64,000 nt of DNA from an uncultured Gemmatimonadaceae bacterium (GCA_963790305.1 CAWBOC010000010.1:128001-192000); one strand, 5' to 3'; counted from the stretch's first letter, positions 46,850-57,867 are shown. The notes: generated from the letters alone by a model not told the origin. Made by a program: numbers and translations.

Positions 46850-48460
46850 TCACACCAGCGACAATCGGAAGCGCGCGTAACCGCGCTCGCGCTCGATCGC
46901 ATCGAGGGCGTCGCGCGCGCCGGCCGAGAGGGGCGCGATCGAGGGATCGTACTTCACGTCGTCGATCGGGCGCTGGCCTTCGAGCGGCACCTTCACGCCT
47001 GGATTGAGGACGCCCTCAGGATCGAACGCCCGCTTCACGCTCGCGAAAAGCTCCACCGCTTCGCCGGTCCACGTTCGCGAGGCGATCGGCGCTCGAAGCC
47101 GACCATCGCCGTGCTCCCCGGCGAGCGTGCCACCGAGCGACGCCACGAGCGAGGTGACCTCGTCGAGCAAGCCTTCGACCTGATCGCGCCATTCCGGCAC
47201 GCGGACATCGATCAGCGGGTTGACGTGAACGTGCGCGTCACCGGCGTGGCCAAATATCACACCGCGGATCTCGCGCGACGCGAGCGCCGAGCGAACGCCA
47301 TCGACGTATGCCGGCAGTCGGTCCGGAGGAACGGCGCCGTCCTCGATGAACTGCATGGACTTGAGGTGTGGATCGAGCCGGGAGAGAATCGGGCTCGCCG
47401 CGTGCCGCAGCGCCCACAGCTCTCGCTCGGTCATTTCGTCCAGCGCCACGCGCACCACCGTCGCCCCCGCTCGTTCGCACGCATCAGCGATCGAGTGGCT
47501 CCGCGCATTCGCCTCGGACGGTGTCGGCTCCTCGACTTCCACGAGTAGCGCGGCCTCCGTCTCCAGCGGAACCAGGCGCGCACCGCCGAGCGCCGCCACG
47601 TCGAGGAAGGTGCGATCGAGAAGCTCCGCCGCGCTCGCTCTTCCCTCGCGGCTCGCCCGCGCTCCATCGACCGCGCTCTCCAACGATGGAAACGCGGCGA
47701 GCACGCTGGCCGTCGCTCCCGGAATGGCATCGAGTCCGAGCTCGAGGGCGGTGATGAGGCAGAGCGTTCCCTCAGAGCCGAGGATCACGTCGAGCAGGTC
47801 ATCCGATCGCAGGAACTCGGCGATCGCGTAGCCGGACGATTCCTTCCTCAGCGCGGGGCGCTTCAGGAGAGCGGGCGAGATACGGCGTGCGCGCGGAGCG
47901 ACCGACGAGAGAAAACGCTCGAGCCCTGTGGGCATCGGAGTCGGCTGCTCTCCTCGCCGGACGACGACCCGAGCTCCATCCGAGAACACACACTCGGCAG
48001 CGATCACCCAGTCGCGGGTCGCGCCGTATCGCAGCGTCCGAGCGCCGGCGGCGTTCGTCGCCGCCATTCCGCCCACCGTGCAGAACGCGCCACTCGACGG
48101 GTCGACGGGAAACCGGAGCCCGTGCATTCGCGCTGCGACATCGACGGCGCCACGCAGCGCGCCTGGTCCAGTCCAGACGCGACGACGCGACACATCGACG
48201 TCGCCGATCGCGTTCAAGCGGCTGAGGTCGACGATGATCCCGCGGCCTACCGCGCCGCCTGCCATCCCGCTGCCAGATCCCCGCGCGATCAGCGCCGTTC
48301 CGTGCGCGCTGGCCCACCGCACGAGCTGCGAGACGTCATCCGCATCCGCGGGAACGGCGACGCCGGCGGGAACAGCGCGCGCGATCCCGGCGCCCTCGGC
48401 GTAGACGGCTCTCGCGAGGAGGTCGTCGCGATAGAGGCCGCGGAAGGACGGAGGGGCCAA
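46850..48460 (-). CDS. FAD-binding oxidoreductase (GlcD/D-lactate dehydrogenase family); start uncertain
   Basis: RGSGSGMAGGA, PVDPSS..CTVGGM, GSEGTL, FGHAGDAHVH, LAGEHGDG and FDPEGVLNPG. Confidence 0.9.
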   Translation of the reverse strand: MAPPSFRGLYRDDLLARAVYAEGAGIARAVPAGVAVPADADDVSQLVRWASAHGTALIARGSGSGMAGGAVGRGIIVDLSRLNAIGDVDVSRRRVWTGPGALRGAVDVAARMHGLRFPVDPSSGAFCTVGGMAATNAAGARTLRYGATRDWVIAAECVFSDGARVVVRRGEQPTPMPTGLERFLSSVAPRARRISPALLKRPALRKESSGYAIAEFLRSDDLLDVILGSEGTLCLITALELGLDAIPGATASVLAAFPSLESAVDGARASREGRASAAELLDRTFLDVAALGGARLVPLETEAALLVEVEEPTPSEANARSHSIADACERAGATVVRVALDEMTERELWALRHAASPILSRLDPHLKSMQFIEDGAVPPDRLPAYVDGVRSALASREIRGVIFGHAGDAHVHVNPLIDVRVPEWRDQVEGLLDEVTSLVASLGGTLAGEHGDGRLRAPIASRTWTGEAVELFASVKRAFDPEGVLNPGVKVPLEGQRPIDDVKYDPSIAPLSAGARDALDAIERERGYARFRLSLV

Positions 48461-48461
48461 T

Positions 48462-48599
48462 TGAGAAAATGACGAGTGAGGAGTGGGGAGTGGGGAGTGG
48501 GGAGTGAGGAAATCTATGAACTCGGGCGCGGGCCGGACCAGTTCATCGAATTCCTCACTCCCCACTCCCCACTCCCCACTCCTCACTCGTCATTTCTCA
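48462..48599. repeat. Near-perfect hairpin of about 137 bp built from GGGGAGT/ACTCCCC heptamers
   Basis: tgagaaaatgacgagtgaggagtggggagtggggagtggggagtgaggaa ... ttcctcactccccactccccactccccactcctcactcgtcatttctca. Confidence 0.92.
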
Positions 48600-50784
48600 C
48601 CGAGCCGGACCGAACAACGACTCCAGGTCCGTGGCTCTCGCGATCGCCATCACGGTGTCCATCACCGCGGTCGCCTTCGTAGAGTCCCCGGTGCGATAGA
48701 GACCTTCGGCGAGATACGCGCCGGTGATGAGATAGGCCATCGGCATGTTGGAGGACGCGCGGTCCACCCATTTCCCTCGCGAGATCGCGGCATCCTGCGC
48801 CCGAAAGACGGTATCCCATAACGCGCGTGTGCGCGCGACGTCCATCCATCCCATTGGCGACCGGAGGTACCCGTCTTCAGGACGCACCGCGCGCGGCATC
48901 ACCTTGTATGCAAGCCCCTGCGCCACGACATAGGGTGAAAGTCCGAGTGGTCCCGCGATCACCGGAGTCGCGAGATAGAGCGGACGCTCGGGGAAGGAAT
49001 CGCGGATGAAGCGAAGGATCATCAGCTGATCGCGGGTGAGATAGCCGGGCTCGATACGCGCGACGAGACTGTCCTTCCGGAAGATCTGTGGCTCGCGGAT
49101 CTGAACGTACGGCGGAATTTGATCCGCTTCCGCAATCGTCAATGCAAGCGGAGGCCCCGGTTTCCGCGGTGCCATCCCCCGATATATCGCCGGTCCTTCG
49201 CTTTCATCATAGTCGTAGAGCGGGCGACGGAGGATCTGCCGCACGTACCAGTCAGTCTGGAGCAGGGACGTCACCGCGACGGTGACGTCCTGCCGGATTC
49301 CCTCGACGTCCTGGGCGTACCAGAGCGGGAACGTGTCGTTGTCGCCGTTGGTGATGAGGACGCCATACGGTTCCACCGAGTTCAAAAGGTCGCGCGCCCA
49401 TTCGCGCGTGAACGTTTCCCCCCGGCGTGACGCGTCGTCGTGGTTGCCAACGAACGGGATGAATGCAAGAAGAAGAACGGGCGAGGCGGCGAGAAGGGCG
49501 CGTCGCGCTCGTGCGCCGCCGCCGACGAAGGACTGGAGCCCATCGGCCAGCTCGCGCCACAGTGTGAGGAGCCCTACTCCTGCCCACACGCCCCACGCCG
49601 AGAAGCTCCAGAGGTAGAAGTAGTCGCGATCGCGTACCTCGCGCCTCGTGAAGTCATCCACTCCGAGTCGCTCGCCCTGCGTCCACCCGAGCTTGAAGTT
49701 CATGTAGTAGATCAGCACCAGCGTCACAGTGAGCATGAGCGGACCGAAATACCAAAAGGTCGTTCGGTCACGCCGCCAGTGCACCCAACCGCCGTAGAGC
49801 CCGAGGGCAAGGAAGATGAACGCGAGTACGCGCTGGAGTCGGGCGCTGTCGCGATCGGCGTCCCGCAGCCACTGCCACCGGAAGTACTCCCACCACATGC
49901 CGATCTGTGCAGTGATCGGCGCCTGCCGCTCGGAGAGCGGCGGCTTCTGGTACTGGTCGCGATTGAAGTTGGGAAGAAATCGATCGACCGTCTCACTGCT
50001 GAAAAGACACGACGCCTCGAGCTGCTCCAGGCACCCCGTGGGCTCGCCGGTGTTGAGCGGCGGGTGGTAGGCCGAGCGAATGGGCTGGGTCGCGAAGGGC
50101 GTCATGCCGAAGATCAACGCTACGATCGCAACGAGGATCAGCTTCCACCGCATGAGGGTCGCCGGTCGCCGCACCAGCACGGCGACCGCGACCGCCGGGG
50201 CCGCGAGAAACCCGGCCATGTGATTCGCGTATCCCAGACCGAGGAGATAGGCGATGAGAATGAGAATCCGGTCTGCGCGGAAACCGTCGGGGGAATCGAG
50301 CCAGCGGAGCGTGAGCCACGAGATGACCACCAGGCCGAGCAGCGAAATCGTGTAGACTTTCTCGTTCACGACCGACTGATGCCAGACCGTGAACGCCGTC
50401 GCACCGATCAGCGTCGCCAGTGCCGCGCCGAGGAGTCGCTGCCAGCGCTCCTCGATCCACGTTCGGAGAATTCGCTCGGTTACGAGAAACCACAGCCCGG
50501 CGGAAAGCGCGCTGGTAATCGCGGCGAGCAGGTTCACCCGCTCCGCGATCGTTGGCGCGATGGGCAGCAGGGTGAAGACGCGACCGACCAGAATGAAGAG
50601 CGGATTCCCCGGCGGAATGCGGCAGGCTCATCCGGTAGGCCGCGGCGATGTACTCGCTCGTGTCCCACATGGCGGTCGTGGGCGCGAGCGTGAGAACGTA
50701 GAGTGCCAGGACGGCAACCGAGGCAATCGCCGCGGCGAGGTAGGGCGGCTTCGCCATCGAGACCGGAAGAGAGGCTGACGTCAT
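48597..50784 (-). CDS. DUF2723 / TMEM260-like GT-C membrane glycosyltransferase, apparent +1 frameshift near 50617
   Basis: TLAPTTAMWDTSEYIAAA, HPPG (restored by removing one base), NEKVY, REVRDRDYFY and TNGDNDTFPLWY. Confidence 0.85.
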
Positions 50785-51668
50785 AGGCCGAGGTCGTTCA
50801 CTCGTGGCGGGTCGACCGCGTAATCATAGAAGCCCTTACCGGACTTCCTCCCGTACATGCCGGCGAGGACCATCCGCTTGAGCAGCGGCGGGGGCGCATA
50901 ACGAGTCTCGCGGTACTCGTCGAACATGATCTCGGCGATCTTGTAGGTCGTGTCGAGCCCGACGAAATCCAGCAGCGTGAAGGGTCCCATTGGATGGCCC
51001 GTTCCGAGCTGCATCCCCTTGTCGATGTCCTCGACGGAGGCGACTCCACGCTCCAGCTGGGTAATCGCGTCGAGCAGATAGGGGACGAGCAGGAGGTTCA
51101 CCACGAAACCGGAGTTGTCCTTCGCGCGGATCGGCTCCTTGCCGAGTCGCCGGGCGAAGTCGTATGCGGCGTCGAAGGTCGGCATGCTGGTCGTGACCGT
51201 CCGCACGACCTCCACGAGCTTCATCACCGGCACGGGATTGAAGAAGTGGAGGCCGACCATGCGATCGGGGCGGGTCGTGGCGGCGGCCATCGCGGCGATC
51301 GTGAGGCTCGACGTGTTCGAGGCGAAGATCGTGTGCGCCGGGCACAGCGCATCGAGCTCCTTCCAGATCGCATTCTTCACCTCGAGGTCCTCGACGACCG
51401 CCTCAATGACGATGTCGCAGTCGCGCAGGTCGGCCACACTGGTCGTGAACGAGAGGCGGCCGAGTGTCTGGTCGCGTTGCTCGGGAGTGAGCTTGCCGCG
51501 CTCGACGACCTTCGCCAGCGATTTCTCGATATTGGCACGCGCTCGCTGACAGAGTGGGTCCGATACCTCGCGCACCCTGGTGGTGAACCCTGATTGCGCG
51601 GCGACCTGCGCGATGCCGCTGCCCATGAGCCCGCCGCCGAGGACGCCAACGGTAGAGATGGATGCCAT
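50781..51668 (-). CDS. hbd: 3-hydroxybutyryl-CoA dehydrogenase
   Basis: GVLGGGLMGSGIAQ, FASNTSS, GLHFFNP, HPMGP and GRKSGKGFY. Confidence 0.93.
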   Translation of the reverse strand: MASISTVGVLGGGLMGSGIAQVAAQSGFTTRVREVSDPLCQRARANIEKSLAKVVERGKLTPEQRDQTLGRLSFTTSVADLRDCDIVIEAVVEDLEVKNAIWKELDALCPAHTIFASNTSSLTIAAMAAATTRPDRMVGLHFFNPVPVMKLVEVVRTVTTSMPTFDAAYDFARRLGKEPIRAKDNSGFVVNLLLVPYLLDAITQLERGVASVEDIDKGMQLGTGHPMGPFTLLDFVGLDTTYKIAEIMFDEYRETRYAPPPLLKRMVLAGMYGRKSGKGFYDYAVDPPRVNDLGL

Positions 51669-51764
51669 TAATAAGGAAAGAGTGGCGTTGGTCGGTAACG
51701 TCGTCGGAAAGGTATGGGGGCGCCTGGGCCTGGGCCAGCGCGGACGAGAGGTGCTCGAGCACCC

Positions 51765-52583
51765 TTATCGAAGCAGCCCTCGCGTCGCGCGATCCACCAA
51801 TGCCTCGATAGCGGTACCGATCGGGCGGGGTTGCGCCGGTTGTTGTGATTCCAGACGATCGAGCACCTGCTCCAGCGCGAGCTGCGCTCGCGCGGCCACG
51901 CCACGATGGCTTCGCGCGACACCGTAGCCAGCTACGGCGCCGAGGATCGCTGGTGCGATCGCCGCGAGAGGGAAGAAGCCGAGGGCGAGGAGCGTTCCCC
52001 CCGCCGCGACTCCAACCGCGGTCGATGCTCCAGCCCCAGCGAGCCGGCCCGTTCGCACGTTCGACAGATCCGCTTCGAGCCTCACGAGTGAGCGCTGGTT
52101 GTCCACCGGCACGGCGGTCGCGGCGACCTCGTGCGCCCGCGCGAGCACGTAGCGCTTGCCTCCCATGTCCATGCCGCGGCGAAGCTGAGTCCAGAATCCC
52201 TTGTGCTCCTCCCAGATGATTCGCTCGGGGAAGCGGCGCTTGATGGCCAGGCACTCCTCGCGCTGCATCCAGGTATCGAGCGACGCCAGCACCTCGGCGG
52301 GAGCTCCGGTGACCACCCGCGTCGCGATGACGCGGGCGACTCCCGCGAAGCGCGCGACTGCTCCGGTCTCCTCCGGCACCGCGACGCGCGTTCGTTCCTC
52401 GGCCAGCGCCTGACGCATGTGGTGCGGAGCCAGACCGACTTCCTTCGCGATGTCGAGCAGGCGATCCTCGGAGATGTACTCGCCCGGGTCGAGCTCACCC
52501 GCCTGCAGCTCCGCAGCGCGCGCGAGCACACGCTCGAGCGCCGATCGATCGAGCCGCGCGGGAAGATCGCGGCCGTCGGCCAT
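51765..52583 (-). CDS. Hypothetical membrane protein
   Basis: LERVLARAAELQ...LLDIAKEVGL at the N-terminus and a hydrophobic hairpin near the C-terminus. Confidence 0.7.
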   Translation of the reverse strand: MADGRDLPARLDRSALERVLARAAELQAGELDPGEYISEDRLLDIAKEVGLAPHHMRQALAEERTRVAVPEETGAVARFAGVARVIATRVVTGAPAEVLASLDTWMQREECLAIKRRFPERIIWEEHKGFWTQLRRGMDMGGKRYVLARAHEVAATAVPVDNQRSLVRLEADLSNVRTGRLAGAGASTAVGVAAGGTLLALGFFPLAAIAPAILGAVAGYGVARSHRGVAARAQLALEQVLDRLESQQPAQPRPIGTAIEALVDRATRGLLR

Positions 52584-52586
52584 CGA

Positions 52587-53696
52587 TCAGATGCCTCCGA
52601 GGATCACCGCGAGCTGACGGTTGATCGCTTCGCGGATGCCTTCAGGAAGAGGAAACGCGCTCGTGAGAGCAGCGTTGAGGTCTCCCGTGGTGGCCGCGGC
52701 CGCTTCGCGGAGGTAGTAGCGCGCGTAGCCCGGTGCGAGATCGGGCGCGATGCGCTCGAGCAGCAGGTAGCCGGCTCGGACCGCGGCGGCACTGATGAAC
52801 GCATTGGTCACGCCGCTCCGGCGGTCGTTCGGCGTCGTGTTGTCGGTGACCGCCGTCGTCGCCATGCCGTACACCGCCTCGTGGGCGAAGACGTAGAGGG
52901 CGTCGCCAGCCGCATCGCGCGATTCCGGCATCGTGCCCACGATGAGGTTGCTGCGCTTCTCGAACGTGAACGAGCGCCCCTCGCCATTGACCGGCAGCGA
53001 GAGGATCCACTCGCCCCCCTGCTGCTGCGTGTTGTTCAGGAAGGGTTGGAATCGCGCGTTGTAGGTCTCCGTCCACAGCGACTGGATGCGCTCGCGAACG
53101 GGGGCAAGATCCGTTTGCCGCTGGGTCCACCATGACCGGTAGAAGCGCTCGTTCTCGTCGTTGAGGGAGAGCGCGAACAGCCGCAGCCAGTCCCGATCGG
53201 CGGCGGTGGAGAACGTCTGCGCGAACGTCGCGATGATCTCCTGCGCGAGCCGATCGCCGGCGCGCCCTGGATCACCCTCGGCGCGGAGAAAGAGATCGAT
53301 CGCCTGACGCAAGTCCTCCCAGCTCCCGAAGCGCATCGCCAGGAACTGCGCGTTGAGAAGAGCGCGGTTGGTTTCGTATCGCGCACGCAGGCGATCGCGG
53401 TTCACGTCGAGCGACGTCTGCACATTGCTACGTGACTTGCTCTCGGCAATGCGCGAAGCGTAGCCGCGCTTGAACATCGGGACGCGCCCGGTGTCGGGGG
53501 AGATGAGCGCGAATCCGTGTAGCCAAAGATCAATGTGCGCGCGCGTACTCACCGGCCACGTCACGCCGGTCTGCCCGGCCACCGCGGGTGTCGGCGCCGG
53601 CAGGGGCTCACCGGGACCTGACGAAGCGCAGGCAGCGAGTGTGAGCGCCGTGAACGCCTGAAAGATGCGCGAGTATCGCGTCGTCATGGTATGCAT
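52587..53696 (-). CDS. Hypothetical lipoprotein
   Basis: Lipobox LAA-C; YVFAHEAVY resembles a degenerate HExxH. Confidence 0.7.
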   Translation of the reverse strand: MHTMTTRYSRIFQAFTALTLAACASSGPGEPLPAPTPAVAGQTGVTWPVSTRAHIDLWLHGFALISPDTGRVPMFKRGYASRIAESKSRSNVQTSLDVNRDRLRARYETNRALLNAQFLAMRFGSWEDLRQAIDLFLRAEGDPGRAGDRLAQEIIATFAQTFSTAADRDWLRLFALSLNDENERFYRSWWTQRQTDLAPVRERIQSLWTETYNARFQPFLNNTQQQGGEWILSLPVNGEGRSFTFEKRSNLIVGTMPESRDAAGDALYVFAHEAVYGMATTAVTDNTTPNDRRSGVTNAFISAAAVRAGYLLLERIAPDLAPGYARYYLREAAAATTGDLNAALTSAFPLPEGIREAINRQLAVILGGI

Positions 53697-53722
53697 GGCG
53701 ATTGGCCCCTGGCCCACCTGCT

Positions 53723-54925
53723 TTAGTCGAGCGATTCGACGATGACCGCGATTCCCTGTCCACCGCCGATGCAGGCGGTTCCCAGTCCGAATCGCTTGCC
53801 TTGAGCACGGAGTGCATGCAGAAGGTGCGCCGTGATACGCGCGCCGGAAGCGGCCAGGGGATGGCTGATCGCGATCGCACCGCCGTGAACGTTCAGCTTC
53901 TCCCGCGGGAGCTTGAGCTCGGCCTCGACCGCGCATGCCTGCGGTGCGAACGCCTCGTTCACCTCAATGAGGTCCATGTCGTCGAGCGACAGCTTCGCCG
54001 CGCGCAGCGCGTTCTTCGTGGCCGGTACCGGTCCAATTCCCATGATCTTTGGGTCGACGCCAGCAACCCCCCAGGCGACGAGACGGCCCAGCGGCTTCTT
54101 GCCCGTACGCTTGGCATACTCCTGACTCGAGATCACGAGCGCGCCAGCGCCATCGCCAATTCCCGACGCATTGCCAGCGGTGACGAGCCCGTCGGCGCGG
54201 AAATACGGCTTGAGCTTGCTCAGCGCTTCCATGGTGGTATCGGGACGCATGTGCTCGTCCCGTGCGAACTGCGTGACCTGACCCTTCCTGTCCTTCACCG
54301 CGACCGAGACGACCTCGTCGGCGAACACGCCCCCATCCCAGGCCTGCTTCGCCAGCACCTGAGAGCGAAGCGCGAACTCGTCGACGCACGTGCGCTCGAG
54401 CTTGTACTGCACGGCGAGATTCTCGGCGGTCTCGGCCATCGAGAGGCCGGCGACCGGATCCTTGAGCGACTCCCAGAGCGAATCCTCGAGCGCCGGCGCC
54501 TTGCCGAGAGGCGTGCCCCATCGAAGGCCGCGCGCAATGTGAGGTGCCTGCGACATCGATTCCCCACCGCCGACGAGACAGACCTCGGCTTCGCCGAGCA
54601 TGATTTCCTGCGCGCCGTTGACGATCGCCTGGAATCCGGATCCGCAGAGTCGGTTCACGGTGAGAGCCGGTGTCTCGATCGGACACCCCGCTTTGAGACC
54701 GACGTGGCGCGCGAAGTAGATCGTGTCGACCGTCGTCTGGAGGACGTTCCCGAAGATGGAGTGCTGAATCTCGCTCGGAGCCACCCCGGCCCGATCGAGC
54801 GCCGCCTTCGCCGCCTCGACGGTGAGATCGACCGCGGTGAAATCCTTGAGCGAGCCGCCGAACGTGCCAAATGGCGTACGGACCGCGGACAAGAAGACAA
54901 TGTCGCGGTTGGAGGACTGAGTCAT
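53723..54925 (-). CDS. Acetyl-CoA C-acyltransferase (thiolase)
   Basis: VRTPFG, TVNRLCGSG, EVNEAFA, HGGAIAISHPLAASG and CIGGGQG. Confidence 0.95.
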   Translation of the reverse strand: MTQSSNRDIVFLSAVRTPFGTFGGSLKDFTAVDLTVEAAKAALDRAGVAPSEIQHSIFGNVLQTTVDTIYFARHVGLKAGCPIETPALTVNRLCGSGFQAIVNGAQEIMLGEAEVCLVGGGESMSQAPHIARGLRWGTPLGKAPALEDSLWESLKDPVAGLSMAETAENLAVQYKLERTCVDEFALRSQVLAKQAWDGGVFADEVVSVAVKDRKGQVTQFARDEHMRPDTTMEALSKLKPYFRADGLVTAGNASGIGDGAGALVISSQEYAKRTGKKPLGRLVAWGVAGVDPKIMGIGPVPATKNALRAAKLSLDDMDLIEVNEAFAPQACAVEAELKLPREKLNVHGGAIAISHPLAASGARITAHLLHALRAQGKRFGLGTACIGGGQGIAVIVESLD

Positions 54926-54987
54926 AGGTGTGCCTGGAGAGTCATGCGTGGAAGATGGTTCCGGCGCATGGGGAGATTCAAGCGACA

Positions 54988-55071
54988 AGGGCGCTAAAGG
55001 CGCTAAGGGCGCTAGGGGCGCTAAGGGGGAAGCAGGTCAGCGCCCTTAGCGCCTCTAGCGCCCTTAGCGCC
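54988..55071. repeat. Palindromic GGCGCTA(A/G)(A/G) 9-mer element
   Basis: gggcgctaaaggcgctaagggcgctaggggcgctaaggg ... cagcgcccttagcgcctctagcgcccttagcgcc. Confidence 0.9.
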
Positions 55072-56126
55072 TACGCAGTTCGGATCCACTCCGCGATCCA
55101 GTCCCCAACCTCGCGCGTGCCGTAGTCGCCGCCCAGGTCGCGAGTCACCCTGTCCTCGACGATGGCGGCGCGGATCGCTCGCTCGACCATCAGTGCTGCC
55201 TCGGGCGAGCCGACCGTGCGAAGCATCATGCCCAGCGAGAGAATTGCCGCCATCGGATTCGCGATGTCCTTTTTCGCGAGCGTCGGCGCGCTCCCGTGTA
55301 CTGGCTCGAACATCGACACGAAGCCGGGATGACGATTCGCGCTCGGGGCGAGACCCAGCCCGCCGACAATCGCGGACGCGAGGTCGGAGAGGATGTCGCC
55401 GAAGAGATTGCCGGTGACGATGACCTGAAACTGCTCCGGATTCCGAACGAGCTCCATCGCCATCGCGTCGATGTAGCGCGTCTCGCGATGGATGTCGGGG
55501 AATTCCTCCTTGCCGATCTCGTCGAACAAGCGACGCCACAGCATATGCGCGGGGATGGCGTTCGCCTTGTCGGCCATCACCACGTGCTCGCGACCGTTCT
55601 CGCGGGCCCAGTGAAACGCGTAGCGGATGATCCGCTCCACTCCGCGCCTGGTGTTGATCTCTTCCGCGATCGTGATCTCATCCGGCAGGCCGCGCTTGAA
55701 CGCGCCGCCGATTCCCGCATACAACCCCTCGGTATTCTCGCGGAAGATCACGAGGTCAATGTCGCTCGTCGTTTTCTCCTTGAGCGGCGTGAGGCGCTCG
55801 TCGAACAGTCGGGCCGGACGCTCGTTCACGTAGAGATCGAGCTGAAAGCGCATGCCGAGGAGAATGTCGCGTGCGTGCTCGTTTCCCGGCACGCGAGGGT
55901 CGCCCAGTGCTCCGACGAGGATCGCGTCGAACTCTTCGCCGAGGCGCCGCATCTCCGTTGGAGAGATCGTTTCGCCGGTCGCGAGGTAGTGGTCGGCGCC
56001 GTAGGGCAGCATTTCGAGCTCGATTCCCGGCCGATAGATCGGCTCGATGATGTCGAGCACCTTCAGCGCCTCGTTGATGACTTCCGGGCCTATCCCATCT
56101 CCCGCGATGACGGCCAGCTTCGGCAT
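55071..56126 (-). CDS. Isocitrate/isopropylmalate dehydrogenase family (LeuB/tartrate dehydrogenase-like)
   Basis: IAGDGIGPEV, FRENTEGLY, NLFGDILSDL and FEPVHGSAP. Confidence 0.92.
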   Translation of the reverse strand: MPKLAVIAGDGIGPEVINEALKVLDIIEPIYRPGIELEMLPYGADHYLATGETISPTEMRRLGEEFDAILVGALGDPRVPGNEHARDILLGMRFQLDLYVNERPARLFDERLTPLKEKTTSDIDLVIFRENTEGLYAGIGGAFKRGLPDEITIAEEINTRRGVERIIRYAFHWARENGREHVVMADKANAIPAHMLWRRLFDEIGKEEFPDIHRETRYIDAMAMELVRNPEQFQVIVTGNLFGDILSDLASAIVGGLGLAPSANRHPGFVSMFEPVHGSAPTLAKKDIANPMAAILSLGMMLRTVGSPEAALMVERAIRAAIVEDRVTRDLGGDYGTREVGDWIAEWIRTA

Positions 56127-56154
56127 GGTCGGTGGGCTCGAGAAGGATCGCGCG

Positions 56155-56724
56155 TCAGCGCGGCGGATTCGCTGCTGGGGGAAGGGTGAAAGGCGAGAGC
56201 GTATCCGCCCGGACGGTCGTCGTGTCGAATACGACCGAGCGAGGGTGTGACAGGCTGAAGACGTAGGCGGCCACGTCATACATCTGCGACTCGGAGAGAC
56301 GCCCGTCGAACAATGGCATTCCGATCGGCGATGCTTTCGGGACGGCCACGCCTTCGCGGATCACCCGAAGAATCGATCGAAACGATCCATCACCGTGGAG
56401 CCAGGCGCCGTCGCGCAGATCGGGTCCGAGGCTCGCCATCCCTGCGCCGTATTGTCCGTGGCAGGTGAAGCAGGTGCCGCGCCGGTTGAAGATGGTATCG
56501 CCTGCCGCGCTGTCGGAAGCGAGGACGAGCCTGACATCGCTCACCTCGGCGGACGCAGACGCGGTATCGGTGGTATCGCTCGGCACGGCGATCGAGTCGC
56601 GTAGGCCGGCAGAGTCGGAGCTCGATGGCGGCGCGAGCGCCGTGTCCGCCGGCGTCTCACGCGGAGCGTCCCCGCACGCTGTCAACGCAGCGAAGAGGGA
56701 TGTGACGGCGACGGAAAGCCTCAC
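56155..56724 (-). CDS. c-type cytochrome lipoprotein
   Basis: Lipobox LTA-C, CFTCH, GPDLRDGAWLHG and the axial Met in GMP. Confidence 0.88.
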   Translation of the reverse strand: MRLSVAVTSLFAALTACGDAPRETPADTALAPPSSSDSAGLRDSIAVPSDTTDTASASAEVSDVRLVLASDSAAGDTIFNRRGTCFTCHGQYGAGMASLGPDLRDGAWLHGDGSFRSILRVIREGVAVPKASPIGMPLFDGRLSESQMYDVAAYVFSLSHPRSVVFDTTTVRADTLSPFTLPPAANPPR

Positions 56725-57497
56725 GCGGACGCGACTGCGCGTCCGCACGTCGTACAGAACTTCCACCCGAGCTCGAGCTCCGTGCTGCACGCCGGACACC
56801 GCTGCACGGCAAGGTTTTGTCCGCAATGCGGACAGAACGTCACCCGCCGTCCTTGCGGGAGCGTACCGCCGCAATACCGGCATCCTCCTGCCGCGACGAC
56901 GCCCGACACTGCCGCACCGCGCCCGACGCCCGTTGGGCGATCGCTCGTCGCTGGCGTCGCATAGTACTCCGCGGGTGGCGGCGTCGGCGCGCGTGGTGGC
57001 GGCGGTGGGGATGCCATGGCGCCCATGCCCATGCTGGGCTGTGGCGCCGCGCTTGGTGCCGGACGTGGTGGCGGGGGCGCGGCCGGTCGTGGCGGCGGGG
57101 GTGGCGGGGCGGCGCTCACCGTTCGCACATTGTCGGGCTTCGCCTCGCCCGATGCCATCTGCTCGTAGCGGCGCGCCGCCTCCGGCGATAACGACACACG
57201 TGCCGCGGCGAACTCGCGAAAGAGCGCGGTGTTGGGGTTCGGGCTGGCGAGCTCGCGCTTCACCGCATCCTGCATGCTCGCGTCACCCATGAGGTAGCCG
57301 CGCTCACCGGCGAGCAGTCGCAGTAGCGCGAGCTCGTAGTCCTGGTTGGTCTCGATCTCCAGCTCGCGCCGATTGTGACGATAGGGCACGATGTTCTGGT
57401 AGAGCTCCGACACTTCGAACGGTCGATTCATGTACTCCGGATACTCGGCGCGAATTCGCTGCACGAGCCGCTGGAGTATGCGGTCGAGATCATCCAT
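56721..57497 (-). CDS. Double zinc-ribbon domain protein with a Pro-rich linker
   Basis: CRYC, CPHC, CPAC and CTTC. Confidence 0.85.
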   Translation of the reverse strand: MDDLDRILQRLVQRIRAEYPEYMNRPFEVSELYQNIVPYRHNRRELEIETNQDYELALLRLLAGERGYLMGDASMQDAVKRELASPNPNTALFREFAAARVSLSPEAARRYEQMASGEAKPDNVRTVSAAPPPPPPRPAAPPPPRPAPSAAPQPSMGMGAMASPPPPPRAPTPPPAEYYATPATSDRPTGVGRGAAVSGVVAAGGCRYCGGTLPQGRRVTFCPHCGQNLAVQRCPACSTELELGWKFCTTCGRAVASA

Positions 57498-57526
57498 TGA
57501 GTGCTGGGATCGGGGACGGACCAATC

Positions 57527-57631
57527 GCGAGCTGCGAGCTTGCGAGCTGCGATATTATAACCCCCGGGAATCTCCGTTGCACCAATCGGAGCGTCCCGGG
57601 GGCTTTGGTTCGCAGCTCACAGTTCGAAGCT
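57527..57631. repeat. Imperfect palindrome of GCGAGCT heptamers
   Basis: gcgagctgcgagcttgcgagctgcga ... tcgcagctcacagttcgaagct. Confidence 0.6.
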
Positions 57632-57632
57632 T

Positions 57633-57821
57633 TTAGTTCCGTCCTCGCTCCGCGGCTTCTACCTTCGCGTCCACGTCGTTGCTCAGCTTCCCGCGATTCG
57701 AGCCGCCAACGGTGGCGACGACGCGGCGCACTACGTTGTCCCGATGCGACTTCGCATCCTGGAACCCGTAGAAATAGCCTACGACTATGCCGACAATGAA
57801 CAGCAGAACTAGCTTTTTCAT
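57633..57821 (-). CDS. Small single-pass membrane protein
   Basis: MKKLVLLFIVGIVVGYFYGF; GAGGA RBS. Confidence 0.75.
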   Translation of the reverse strand: MKKLVLLFIVGIVVGYFYGFQDAKSHRDNVVRRVVATVGGSNRGKLSNDVDAKVEAAERGRN

Positions 57822-57867
57822 GACAGTCCTCGGGCGTCAGTCCCTCTCATGTCAGACTGGCCGAGGC

